Part shown: piece by piece, positions 55,622 through 64,000 of the stretch | Position numbering within the stretch: the first letter of the stretch is position 1 | Layout: every line of letters starts with the position of its first letter | Assembly: GCA_963766715.1 (NCBI GenBank) | Contig: CAVYBH010000015.1 | Location: 96,001-160,000, forward strand | DNA length: 64,000 nucleotides | From: an uncultured delta proteobacterium | GTDB taxonomy: Bacteria > Myxococcota > Myxococcia > Myxococcales > Anaeromyxobacteraceae | Reading direction: 5' to 3' | The notes under the pieces: generated by a model | Databases searched by the model: none | What the model was told of the DNA's origin: nothing | The model's input: only the letters and a program-made list of their open reading frames with translations | Translations under genes and position numbers: made by a program

Positions 55622-56592
55622 GGCGCACCTCCCCGCCGGTGACCCGCGTGCCCAGCCTCCGCAGCCGCCCCCAGATCCCGTCGGGCAGGAAGCGGATCAC
55701 CAGCATCATGAAGAGCCCGTAGAAGATGAGGTGTCCCACCTGGAAGCGCTCGCGCACCGCCTCTCCCACGGTGGTCAGGAACACGGCGCCGATGAACGGG
55801 CCGGCCACCGTGCCCAGGCCGCCCACCATGGCGATGAAGACCATCTCCATGGAGATTCCCGAGGTTGAGCACCGCGTCCGGGTCGACGTACCGGAAGTAG
55901 AAGGCGTAGAAGCCACCGCCCATGCCGGCCAGGAACGCCGAGAGCGCCAGGGTGAGCACCTTGGCCCGCACCGTGTCGATGCCCACGGCCTCCGCCGCCT
56001 CCTCGTTCTCCCGGATGGCGACCAGGAAGGCGCCGAGCCGGGAGCGGGCGAGCAGCGCCACGGCGGCCATCGAGATCGCCATCAGCGCGAACGCCACCCA
56101 GTAGAACGGCGCCTTGCTCTCCCAGTTCACCGTGACGCCAAGGACGTGGAGCGGGGGCAGCGTGGTGATCAGGTAGCCGGTGGAGCCGTTCGTCGCCCAC
56201 TCCCAGTTGAGGGCCACGAGCTTCGCCAGCTCCGCCACGGCGAGCGTGGCCAGGGAGAAGTAAGGACCGCGAAGCCGGAAGGCGACGAGGCCGATGGGCA
56301 CCGACGCGGCGGCAGCCGCCAGGCCACCCATCGGGATGCCCCACCACGGCGCGATCCCGGACCTCAGGAACAGGATGATCGTGACGTAGGAGCCGAGGCC
56401 GAAGAACGCGGCGTGGCCGAAGGATACCTGGCCGGCGTACCCACCGAGCGCGTTCCAGGCCTCTCCGAGAACGGTCCACATGAAGACCAGGATGCAGACG
56501 TGGAGCAGGAAGGAGTTCTGGACCACGAGCGGCAGCCCGGCGAGCACCGCCCAGCCCAGGACCCAGGCGGCCACCACGCCACGCCGCCTCAT
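55602..56592 (-). CDS. livM: Branched-chain amino acid-type ABC permease (frameshift ~55860)
   Basis: GYAGQVSFGHAAFFG, RLRGPYFSLATL, AIRENEEAAEAVG. Confidence 0.9.
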
Positions 56593-57455
56593 GACTTGCC
56601 CACCCCGAAGAGCCCGGAGGGGCGGTAGAGCAGGACGAGCAGGAAGATCACGTAGCCCAGCCCGTCCTTGTAGGTGGCGGAGACGTAGACCGCCCCCAGC
56701 GACTCGACCAGCCCGAGGAGGATGCCTCCGGCGATGGCCCCGGGCACCGAGCCCAGCCCGCCGAGGACCACGATGACGAAGGACTTCACGATCACCAGCT
56801 CGCCCACCGTCGGGTACAGGTAGAGGGAGGGCGCGAGCAGGACGCCGGCCGCGCCTGCCAGCGCCGTTCCCAGGCCGAAGGAGAGCGCCGCCACCCGCTC
56901 GACGTCGATCCCCATGAGGATCGCGGCCTCCTTGTTCTGGCTGGTGGCCCGGATGGCGCGCCCGATGTCGGTGCGCCCCAGGAAGAGCCAGAGCGCGATC
57001 GTGATCGCCACGGCGATGCCGAACCCGAGGGCGAGCGCCACCGGGACAGCGATCCCGAGCGGGCGCATGGGAGTGATGGCGTAGTCCAGGCTGATGGTGC
57101 GGTAGTCGCCCGTCCAGAGCAGGAGCGCCAGGTTGGCGACGAGGAGGGAGAGCCCCGCGGTGTAGAGGAGGGTGTTCAGCTCCCCTCCAGGGATGATCTT
57201 CCGGAGCAGGAAGCGGTAGACGAGCACCCCCAGCAGGAAGAGGAGCGGCGCCCAGACGAGGATCGACAGGAACGGGTCGAAGCCCCAGAGCTTCTGGCTC
57301 CAGAAGGCGCCGAACATCCCCAGCATCACCATCTCGCCGTGGGCGAGGTTGATGATGCGCATCACCCCGAAGACGATGGTGAGCCCGATGCCGATCATGG
57401 CGTAGAGGGCGCCCATCAGGACGCCGCTCACCAGGCTCTGGAAGAAGGTCTCCAG
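56589..57455 (-). CDS. livH: Branched-chain amino acid-type ABC permease (start uncertain)
   Basis: FGVMRIINLAHGE, GRAIRATSQN, VVLGGLGSVPGA. Confidence 0.92.
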   Translation of the reverse strand: METFFQSLVSGVLMGALYAMIGIGLTIVFGVMRIINLAHGEMVMLGMFGAFWSQKLWGFDPFLSILVWAPLLFLLGVLVYRFLLRKIIPGGELNTLLYTAGLSLLVANLALLLWTGDYRTISLDYAITPMRPLGIAVPVALALGFGIAVAITIALWLFLGRTDIGRAIRATSQNKEAAILMGIDVERVAALSFGLGTALAGAAGVLLAPSLYLYPTVGELVIVKSFVIVVLGGLGSVPGAIAGGILLGLVESLGAVYVSATYKDGLGYVIFLLVLLYRPSGLFGVGKS

Positions 57456-57461
57456 GCGCCC

Positions 57462-58686
57462 TTACTTCTTCGTGCCCGGGTCCGGGAAGACGAGCTTCGT
57501 CTCGGCGACGGCCAGCGGCCACACGTTGAGGAGCTGCCCGTTCTGCCACTGCGCCAGGACCGAATGCTCGTTCGAGTAGATGTTCTGGTTGGTGAACGGC
57601 TCGCCGGTGGGGCCGGTCCAGTTCCCGAACTTCACCTTCCCGAAGACGGTGTTCATGTCGGTGGCGGCCAGCGCCATCCGGATGGCGTCGCGATCGGCGT
57701 CGAGGTTCCCGGTGAGCTTCGAGCGCTTGAGCGCGTCGGCGATGATGTAGATGGCCGCGTAGCCCTCCACCTCGTGCTCGTGCGGCCAGATGCCGTACTT
57801 GGCGTGGAACTTCTCGTAGAAGGCCTTGGTGCGCGGGTCGTTCGGGTTGCCGGACCAGGCCGCCGACGAGAAGACGTTCTGCGCCAGGCCGCCCCAGCTG
57901 GGAGGCGAAGTCGGCCACGCCGAAGCCGCCGCCGAAGCCGACGAACGCGCGGGGCGTGACGCCCATCTCCTTGGCGTGACGGGTGAGGAGGATGGCGTCG
58001 GTGGTCGCGACCGCCACGAGCAGGAGGTAGTCGGGGTTGGTGCCCTTCACCTTGGTCATGATGGGCTTGAAGTCGAGCGTGTTCACCGGGTAGGCCTCGT
58101 CGGCCACGATGGGCACGCCCTTCGACCGGAGGAACTTCATCGCCGCGGTGCCGATGGTCTTCCCGAAGAGGGTGTTGTCGTAGACCACCGCCGCCGACTT
58201 CGGCATGGCCCCCGCGTACTCGGTGATGAAGGCGTTGAAGGCGGCCGGGTAGATCGATCCGGTGGGGTTGTTGCGGAAGACCCACTCGAACCCCTTCGTG
58301 GTGATCATGTCGGCCGACGGATGGTCCACGAGGTACGGGGTCTTCAGCCGCTGCGCCACCGAGGCGACCTCCATCGCCTGCCCGGAGGCGCGACCCCCGG
58401 TGAGAACCAGCACCTTCTCCTGTGTGATCAGCTTCTCGGCGATGGTGGCGGCGAGCGCGTTCTTCGCCTGGTGGTCCTCGATGACCACCTCGATCTTCTT
58501 CCCGTTGACGCCGCCGGCGGCGTTGATCTCCTCGACGGCCATCCCGTAGGCCTTCTTGAACTTGTCTCCGAAGGGAGCGTCGGGCCCGGTCATGGGCTGC
58601 GGCGCCCCGATCTTGAGGGTCTGCGCGGCGGCGGGACCGGCGAGCGTGGAGAGGACGGCGAGCAGGGTCAGGACGATCTTCCGCAT
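57462..58686 (-). CDS. LivJ/K-type periplasmic binding protein (frameshift ~57890)
   Basis: Signal peptide, KIGAPQPMTG, EINAAGGVNGKKIE, GFEWVFR. Confidence 0.9.
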
Positions 58687-58702
58687 GTGGGGCACCTTTC
58701 CT

Positions 58703-59355
58703 TCAGCCGTGCTTCGGCATGGCCAGCGTGATACCCTTCAATAGGTAGAGGGACAACGGCTAGTGATAGCCTTAGTGAGAGTGTAGAACATGAAGCTCTC
58801 CATCCCGTGGGCGTGGAGGTCGCCGAAAAGAGACTGCTTCCAAAAAAGAAGGAGAAGAAGGAGATAGGGCAAAGGGATAGGCGACGTTAAAAAAGAACAT
58901 CTACACCTGGATAAGAGATAGAAAAATCTGGGCGTGGAATGAAGGAGAACGGTGAAGATAGAGGTAAAGTTAAAGTAGGGGTTATGGTTAAAGAGAGAGA
59001 TGAGACTAGTCGAGCGTAAAGGAAGAGAAAGAAGACGAGCACCGGCCCGAAGATATACTAGAGGTAAAAGGTAATAGAAGGGAGAGAAGTGATAGAAGCA
59101 GAGTCGGGCTGAGGAAGAAGCGAACGATGAGAAAGAGATAGACGAGCTGGAGGATGAAGAGAAACAACTACGCGAACTGAGGCGACGACGGTGGCGATGA
59201 GGCCGCGGATGCAGGTCCCGATGAGGGCGGCTGTGACCAGTGGCTCCATCTCCGACTCCGGCCTCGGCTGCCCGGACCGATCTTCAGCGCCGCCGCCATC
59301 TCACCGCAGACCGCGCGACCAAGGGGTCAGGCGACGTCGCCGACAGCCGACGCTC
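58703..59355 (-). pseudogene. mmsA: 3' part of CoA-acylating (methyl)malonate-semialdehyde dehydrogenase, corrupted by dense G>T changes and indels; 5' part absent
   Basis: Surviving LKIGPG, PLVT, IFGPVL, WKQSLFGDLHAHG; T>G back-substitution restores YREEIFGPVL, NPYGNGTAIFT and TSRWP. Confidence 0.88.
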
Positions 59356-59447
59356 ATGGACCGACATCCTATGCAGGGCCCCCAAGGGGATTCATTGCGC
59401 GTCGCATCAATCCGGGCGCGAGTCCGCGGAAGCGCTATCTTGCCCCC

Positions 59448-59891
59448 GTGACCGACATCGCCCGACGCATCCCGCACGTCTTCCCTCGCTCCGATCTCGC
59501 CATCCTCCTCGCGCCCACGTACGCCGATTCACTCGCGGTCGACGAGGACATCGCGCAGGAGCGCCTGGGGCGCGCGCTGGCCGACCCGGCGCTGCTCGCC
59601 GGCATCCACCAGGCCATCGCGTCGGCCCTGGAGGACACCCGCGGGCCCCGCACCGACCCGGACGCCCAGCTCGACAGGATCTCCAAGAAGCTTCAGGCCC
59701 GCCGCTGGCGGGTGAAGGCCGCGCCCTCCACGCCGGCGGTCTCGGCGGTGATGGTCTGGCTGAACCTCGCCATCGGGATGGCGCCCGAGTCGATGCGGGA
59801 CACCCTCTCGTCCGGGAAGGGCGCGGCCATGCTCGCGGCCGGCCTCCGCGAGGTCGGCGCGAGCCTGGTGAAGGACCTGTCGCGCGGCTGA
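59448..59891 (+). CDS. Hypothetical protein
   Basis: 147-aa ORF with host-like codon usage, helical. Confidence 0.7.
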   Translation: MTDIARRIPHVFPRSDLAILLAPTYADSLAVDEDIAQERLGRALADPALLAGIHQAIASALEDTRGPRTDPDAQLDRISKKLQARRWRVKAAPSTPAVSAVMVWLNLAIGMAPESMRDTLSSGKGAAMLAAGLREVGASLVKDLSRG

Positions 59892-59898
59892 GCCGCCG

Positions 59899-60399
59899 CT
59901 AGGCGATCTTCTGGTACTTGCTCTTCGGGGCGCCGCAGATCGGGCACTTCTCGGGCGGCAGGCCGAACTCGAGGTCGCCGCAGACCGGACACAGGTAGAC
60001 GTCCATCTGGGAGAGGTCCTTGCCGGCCTTCATGGCCTCGAGGGCCTCGCGGAAGAGCCGGGCGTGGACCTTCTCGGCCTCGTTCGCGAACCCGAGCATC
60101 ACCCGGGCCTTGTGCCCCTCCTGGACCGCCTGCGCGACCATGGGCGGGTACATCTCCGTGTACTCGTAGGTCTCGCCGGCCACGGCGGACTCGAGGTTCT
60201 CGAGCGTGGTCCCGACGCCGCCCATGTTCTGGAAGTGGGCGAGGGCGTGGATCGTCTCCGCGTCGGCGGCGGCGCGGAAGAGCCTGGCGATCTGCGAGTA
60301 GCCCTCCTTCTCGGCTGCCCGGGCGAAGGCGAGGTACTTGCGGTTGGCCTGGCTTTCGCCAGCGAACGCGACGGCGAGGTTTTCCTGGGTCGTGGGCAT
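59899..60399 (-). CDS. rbr: Rubrerythrin
   Basis: AFAGESQANRKY, AETIHA, GETYEY, EKVHA, CPVCG...CPICG. Confidence 0.95.
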   Translation of the reverse strand: MPTTQENLAVAFAGESQANRKYLAFARAAEKEGYSQIARLFRAAADAETIHALAHFQNMGGVGTTLENLESAVAGETYEYTEMYPPMVAQAVQEGHKARVMLGFANEAEKVHARLFREALEAMKAGKDLSQMDVYLCPVCGDLEFGLPPEKCPICGAPKSKYQKIA

Positions 60400-60521
60400 G
60401 CACCGACCTGTAGCACCGGGGGAGGCGCGGCCCATGATCGAGGTCAGGCGGCCCCCAAACGAACCGCGCCGCGGGGCCCGGAGGCCGCGCGGCGCGAAGG
60501 GGATCGCGGTCGAGGGGAGGA

Positions 60522-61220
60522 TCAGGTGCGCAGGAAGCTGTGCTCGAGGGCCTTCCACTGCGAATCGGTGAGGAGCGTGTCCGGGGAGCCGATGAGCTCG
60601 CCGCCGTCGGCGGCCGCCATGCCGAGCTGCGTCTCGTAGAAGATCTCCAGCCGCTCGCCCTCGGCGCGCAGCCAGCTGCGGGCCTGCTCGCCGAACGGCA
60701 GCTTCCTCCAGCCCTGCCCCTCCGGCGCGATGGCGAACAGCCACCCGCCTCCGTAGTTCTCGCTCTTCGCGAGCGTCGGCTCCCGCATCACGTCCGGATT
60801 CACCGCCAGGATCCTCCCGGACACGGGAGCCGCCACCCGCACGTCCCGTCCACCGCAGGAGAGCGTCGCCACCGGCTCCCCTTCCTTCACCACCTGCCCG
60901 GGCGACGGCAGCGCCACCGCGACCGTCCAGGGCAGGATCCGCTGCGCCAGGTCGTCGAGACCGACCTTCAGCGTGTTGCCTTCTTCCTTCAGCCAGGTGT
61001 GCCCCGGCGCGTACTGCAGGCCGCTGCGGAACTTCAGGGAGCCGGCCGAACGGTACCCCTGCATCCACAGCTTGATGGCCGAGAAGGCCTTCATCCCGCC
61101 CACCGCCAGCAGCACCGGCACCAGCAGCGCCGCCATGATGACCAGCACGATGCCGAGTCGCGCTGCGAGGCCTGCCGTGAAGACTCCGATTGCCGTGAGC
61201 GTGTCGAGTAGCGCGGTCAT
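60522..61220 (-). CDS. Membrane-anchored GcvH-like protein 1 (no lipoyl-Lys)
   Basis: N-terminal TM, YAPGHTW, VGLDDLAQ, APVSGRILAVN, NYGGGWLF. Confidence 0.85.
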   Translation of the reverse strand: MTALLDTLTAIGVFTAGLAARLGIVLVIMAALLVPVLLAVGGMKAFSAIKLWMQGYRSAGSLKFRSGLQYAPGHTWLKEEGNTLKVGLDDLAQRILPWTVAVALPSPGQVVKEGEPVATLSCGGRDVRVAAPVSGRILAVNPDVMREPTLAKSENYGGGWLFAIAPEGQGWRKLPFGEQARSWLRAEGERLEIFYETQLGMAAADGGELIGSPDTLLTDSQWKALEHSFLRT

Positions 61221-61251
61221 GACGGTCTCCTGTGTTCCTGGCTCTGCTGCG

Positions 61252-61948
61252 TTACTCCTGCGTGCGGAAGAACTCGCGGGCCACGTCGTCCCAGTGCTCG
61301 GCGTCCAGCTCGCGCGCCATCCCGGGGAGCGGTGCGCCGCCGTCGTGCATCGCCGGCGCCAGCGCCATCTCGGGGGCGAGCCGCATCGTCAGCCGCCGGC
61401 CCTGCTCCTCCACCCAGTCCCGCGCCGCCTGCCCGGAGAGCAGCTGCGCCTTGTTGCGCGCCCACTTGCGTGGGGCGGACCTTGAAGAGCCAGCCCGTCC
61501 CGTAGGCCTCGCCTTCGCGAGCCGCCGGGTTCGACGCCACCACCTCGCCGTCCACCGGCGAGAGCAGCCCGATCTTCTTGCCTGCCGCCTCCAGCGTCAC
61601 GGCCGCGGCGCCCTGCTCCACCTTGATGCCGGCCGCGGGCAGCTGGATGCCGTCGAGCGCGCCGACCATCCGGTGCCCGAGGTCGTCGAGGCCGACCGCC
61701 ACCGTTCCGTCGCTCTCCATCCGCGCCCAGGTGTGCCCCGGGTGCAGCGCGACGTCGGCGGGAACCGTGAACCAGCCGGCGGTGACCGCCTTGGCCAGCT
61801 CCGGGGTCTTCGCGGCGACGGCGGCGACGGCCTTCTTGCCGCCGTGGATGAAGCCCCAGAACCCGACGAAGAGGATCAGGTAGGCGACTGCGACACCGTA
61901 TTCGACCAGCTTGGCGGAGTATCCGGCGAGGAATTCGTTTCCGTGCAT
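61252..61948 (-). CDS. Membrane-anchored GcvH-like protein 2 (frameshift ~61468)
   Basis: N-terminal TM, LHPGHTW, VGLDDLG, SPVDGEVVASN, YGTGWLFKV. Confidence 0.83.
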
Positions 61949-61996
61949 GGCGTCTCTCGGTGTTCTTCGGTGGCGGTGAGTGGACGAGGACCGGGA

Positions 61997-62065
61997 CTAG
62001 GGGATCCGGTTCAGGAAGGCGACGACGACGATTCCGACGATGGCGAATGCGGTGGCGGCGATCAT
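61997..62065 (-). CDS. 22-aa hydrophobic leader/small protein
   Basis: MIAATAFAIVGIVVVAFLNRIP*; RBS GAGGAG; first ORF after the sigma-54 site. Confidence 0.55.
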   Translation of the reverse strand: MIAATAFAIVGIVVVAFLNRIP

Positions 62066-62129
62066 GGTGGCTCCTCGGGGTGCTTCGGTTTGGCTTCCGT
62101 TCGGCCTTGCTTCGTTGATGACTGCTTTC

Positions 62130-62145
62130 GCAACAGTCGCGCCAA
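62130..62145 (-). promoter_or_regulatory. Sigma-54 promoter of the GcvH-like operon
   Basis: TTGGCGC-GACTG-TTGC; tandem imperfect palindromes at ~62227-62257 could be activator sites. Confidence 0.72.
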
Positions 62146-62462
62146 GTCCGGGCTCCGAGAGCGGCGCGGCGAAAACACGCGCAGTCGCGGGCTGTTGCGA
62201 GCCGCTCCTCCGAGGCCTCGACCGACTGTAGGAATTCTCGCCGGTGAGGATCCCGCCGCGAAAACCGGCCTGGATCGACTCCAACCCCTCAGGATCCCAG
62301 GGGGATCATCGACTCACCCGGTCCTGTCACGATTCTCTGCGACTCGATGGAATCCTCTGCACCTCGCAGGGGCGTTCCCACCTCCGGGATATGGACCTCA
62401 CCTCGGGTGTATTGAAATCCTACGTGAAGATTCCGGCCTGGCTGCCAGCCGGGGGAGGCGCG

Positions 62463-63038
62463 ATGGGCAAGTCACGACTGGAAGCGTTCAGCGACGGCGT
62501 CTTCGCCATCCTCATCACCATCATGGTGCTGGAGCTGAAGGTCCCGCACGGGGCGGACTGGGCGGCCCTCGCGCCGCTCGTCCCCGTCTTCACGGCCTAC
62601 GTGCTGTCCTTCGTCTACCTGGGCATCTACTGGAGCAACCACCATCACATGCTCCACGCCACCCAGCGGGTGACGGGGGGCATCCTGTGGGCCAACCTGC
62701 ACCTGCTCTTCTGGCTCTCCCTCATCACCTTCGCGACCGGATGGATGGGGGAGAACCACTTCGCCTCCCTGCCCACCGCCCTGTACGGGGGCGTGCTGCT
62801 CGGCTCGGCCTTCGCCTACTGGGTCCTCCAGAACACCATCCTCGCCCAGGAGGGGCCCGACTCCCCCCTCGCCCGGGCCGTCGGGAAGGACTGGAAGGGG
62901 AAGCTCTCGATCCTCCTCTACGCCGCGGCCATCCCGCTGGCCTTCGTGGAGGAGTGGATCTCCGACGCGATCTACCTGGCGGTGGCGCTGATGTGGCTCG
63001 TTCCGGACCGCCGCATCGAGAGGCGGATCGCCGCCTGA
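62463..63038 (+). CDS. TMEM175/DUF1211-family potassium channel
   Basis: RLEAFSDGVFAILITIMVLE, YWSNHHH, WANLHLLF. Confidence 0.92.
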   Translation: MGKSRLEAFSDGVFAILITIMVLELKVPHGADWAALAPLVPVFTAYVLSFVYLGIYWSNHHHMLHATQRVTGGILWANLHLLFWLSLITFATGWMGENHFASLPTALYGGVLLGSAFAYWVLQNTILAQEGPDSPLARAVGKDWKGKLSILLYAAAIPLAFVEEWISDAIYLAVALMWLVPDRRIERRIAA

Positions 63039-63110
63039 CCCCGCCTGACCCCATCCGGGTCTGAGCTCCCCCTCGCCCCGGACGCGCACAATCGGGGTGG
63101 TGGGGGAAAC

Positions 63111-64000
63111 ATGGTCTTCGCGAGGACCCTCGTCGCGCTCGCCTACCTCCAGGCCGAGACCGCGGCGTATCTCTCGATGAACCGGCTGGGCGCGCTGCGC
63201 CGCTCGGTGCCGCTCCTCACCCCGGCGGACCGCGTGATCCCGCTGCGGCCGCGCTCCCTCTGGCTCTACCTGTCGTTCGTCCCCTTCTGCCTGGCGGCCA
63301 TCCACGACGTCCGGAGCATCCCGCGCATGGTCCGCATGATGGCCTGCCTGGTGCTCGCGACGCTCGTCTCCTACCGATCCTTCCTCCGCTTCCCTTCGTC
63401 CTATCCGCGGCCGGACGTGGAGCTGGACGTCGACGACCCGCGGCTCGCCGGGGCGTGGCGGTCGCTCCGCGCGATCGACCTGCCGGGCAACACCTTCCCC
63501 AGCGTTCACGTCGGCCACGCCTTCCTGCTCGCGCTCATGCTGGCGCCGGAGCTTCCGGAGGAGGAGGGCGAGGCGCGCATCCTCTGGGCGATCCTCATCT
63601 CGCTCTCCACGCTCACCACCAAGCAGCACTACCTCGTCGACATCGCGGGCGGGATTGTCGTGGCCGAGACCGTGGCCGGCCGGATCTTCGAGCCCTGGGA
63701 GGCCGGGCGGCTCGGCTGGCGCGGCGCATGGCGGGAGGTGCGCGCCCTCTGCGGGCGGCTCGACGCCATGGCCCGCGCCCCGCTCGCCTGCCGGCTGCGG
63801 GCCGGCGAGCGCCATCCCCGCCTGCGCTCCGTCCTCCGGGCCTTCTCGCGGCACGGCAGCCTGCTCGAGGCCTGCTCGCACTCGAACGCCGACGGCCATC
63901 TCCTCGAGGGCCGGGGCCCGCTCGTGGACGGCCTGCGCCTCCTGCGCGGCGTCACGGCCGTGCTGGCCGTCGCGTCCCCGGGGTGGATCCAGTTCGTGCG
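63111..64000 (+). CDS. PAP2-family membrane phosphatase (runs off window end)
   Basis: PGNTFPSVHV and STLTTKQHYLVD in an open frame from ATG 63111. Confidence 0.8.
   Translation, partial: MVFARTLVALAYLQAETAAYLSMNRLGALRRSVPLLTPADRVIPLRPRSLWLYLSFVPFCLAAIHDVRSIPRMVRMMACLVLATLVSYRSFLRFPSSYPRPDVELDVDDPRLAGAWRSLRAIDLPGNTFPSVHVGHAFLLALMLAPELPEEEGEARILWAILISLSTLTTKQHYLVDIAGGIVVAETVAGRIFEPWEAGRLGWRGAWREVRALCGRLDAMARAPLACRLRAGERHPRLRSVLRAFSRHGSLLEACSHSNADGHLLEGRGPLVDGLRLLRGVTAVLAVASPGWIQFV

Noticed and set aside
58730..59180. Low-GC purine-rich block as horizontally acquired DNA, IS remnant, DGR template or ncRNA
   Set aside because: Decodes as host mmsA with G>T changes; no terminal repeats, second copy or reverse transcriptase seen.
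59058..59249. 63-aa hydrophobic ORF MEPLVTAALIG...
   Set aside because: Corrupted internal mmsA segment (MGPLVT); its hydrophobicity comes from the added Ts.
60522..61948. Glycine cleavage system
   Set aside because: No gcvT/P/L nearby, TM anchors present and canonical lipoyl-Lys absent.

Overview
High-GC (roughly 70-75% by eye) bacterial chromosomal DNA. Gene content and sigma-54 promoters suggest an Anaeromyxobacter-like Myxococcota (inference). About 19 otherwise intact genes carry single-base frameshifts, most likely from an error-prone long-read consensus rather than real pseudogenes. Layout: (1) 1-15.7 kb purine catabolism/uptake island (xdhB, xdhC, four deaminase-family genes, two BMP-type ABC importers, a Tsx-like channel). 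(2) 15.7-23.6 kb bacillithiol locus: bshC-bshA divergent from a secreted multidomain PIG-L deacetylase, a micro-protein and an SSS transporter, with a DUF2911-like gene on the far side. (3) 23.7-47.5 kb mixed genes (P-II, B12 radical SAM, Tat-signal FAH protein, mdtABC, LEA-like 11-mer repeat protein, HtrA, PAS kinase). (4) 47.5-53 kb divergent lipoate-ligase-like gene, FIST protein and a sigma-54-driven GGDEF-hemerythrin cyclase with a ferritin-like partner. (5) 54-59.4 kb Liv-type ABC operon headed by a hidden, 5'-truncated mmsA whose coding-strand Gs are largely replaced by T. (6) 59.9-64 kb rubrerythrin, two membrane-anchored GcvH-like proteins lacking the canonical lipoyl-lysine, TMEM175 channel and PAP2. 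No rRNA, tRNA, CRISPR array or transposase was recognised.
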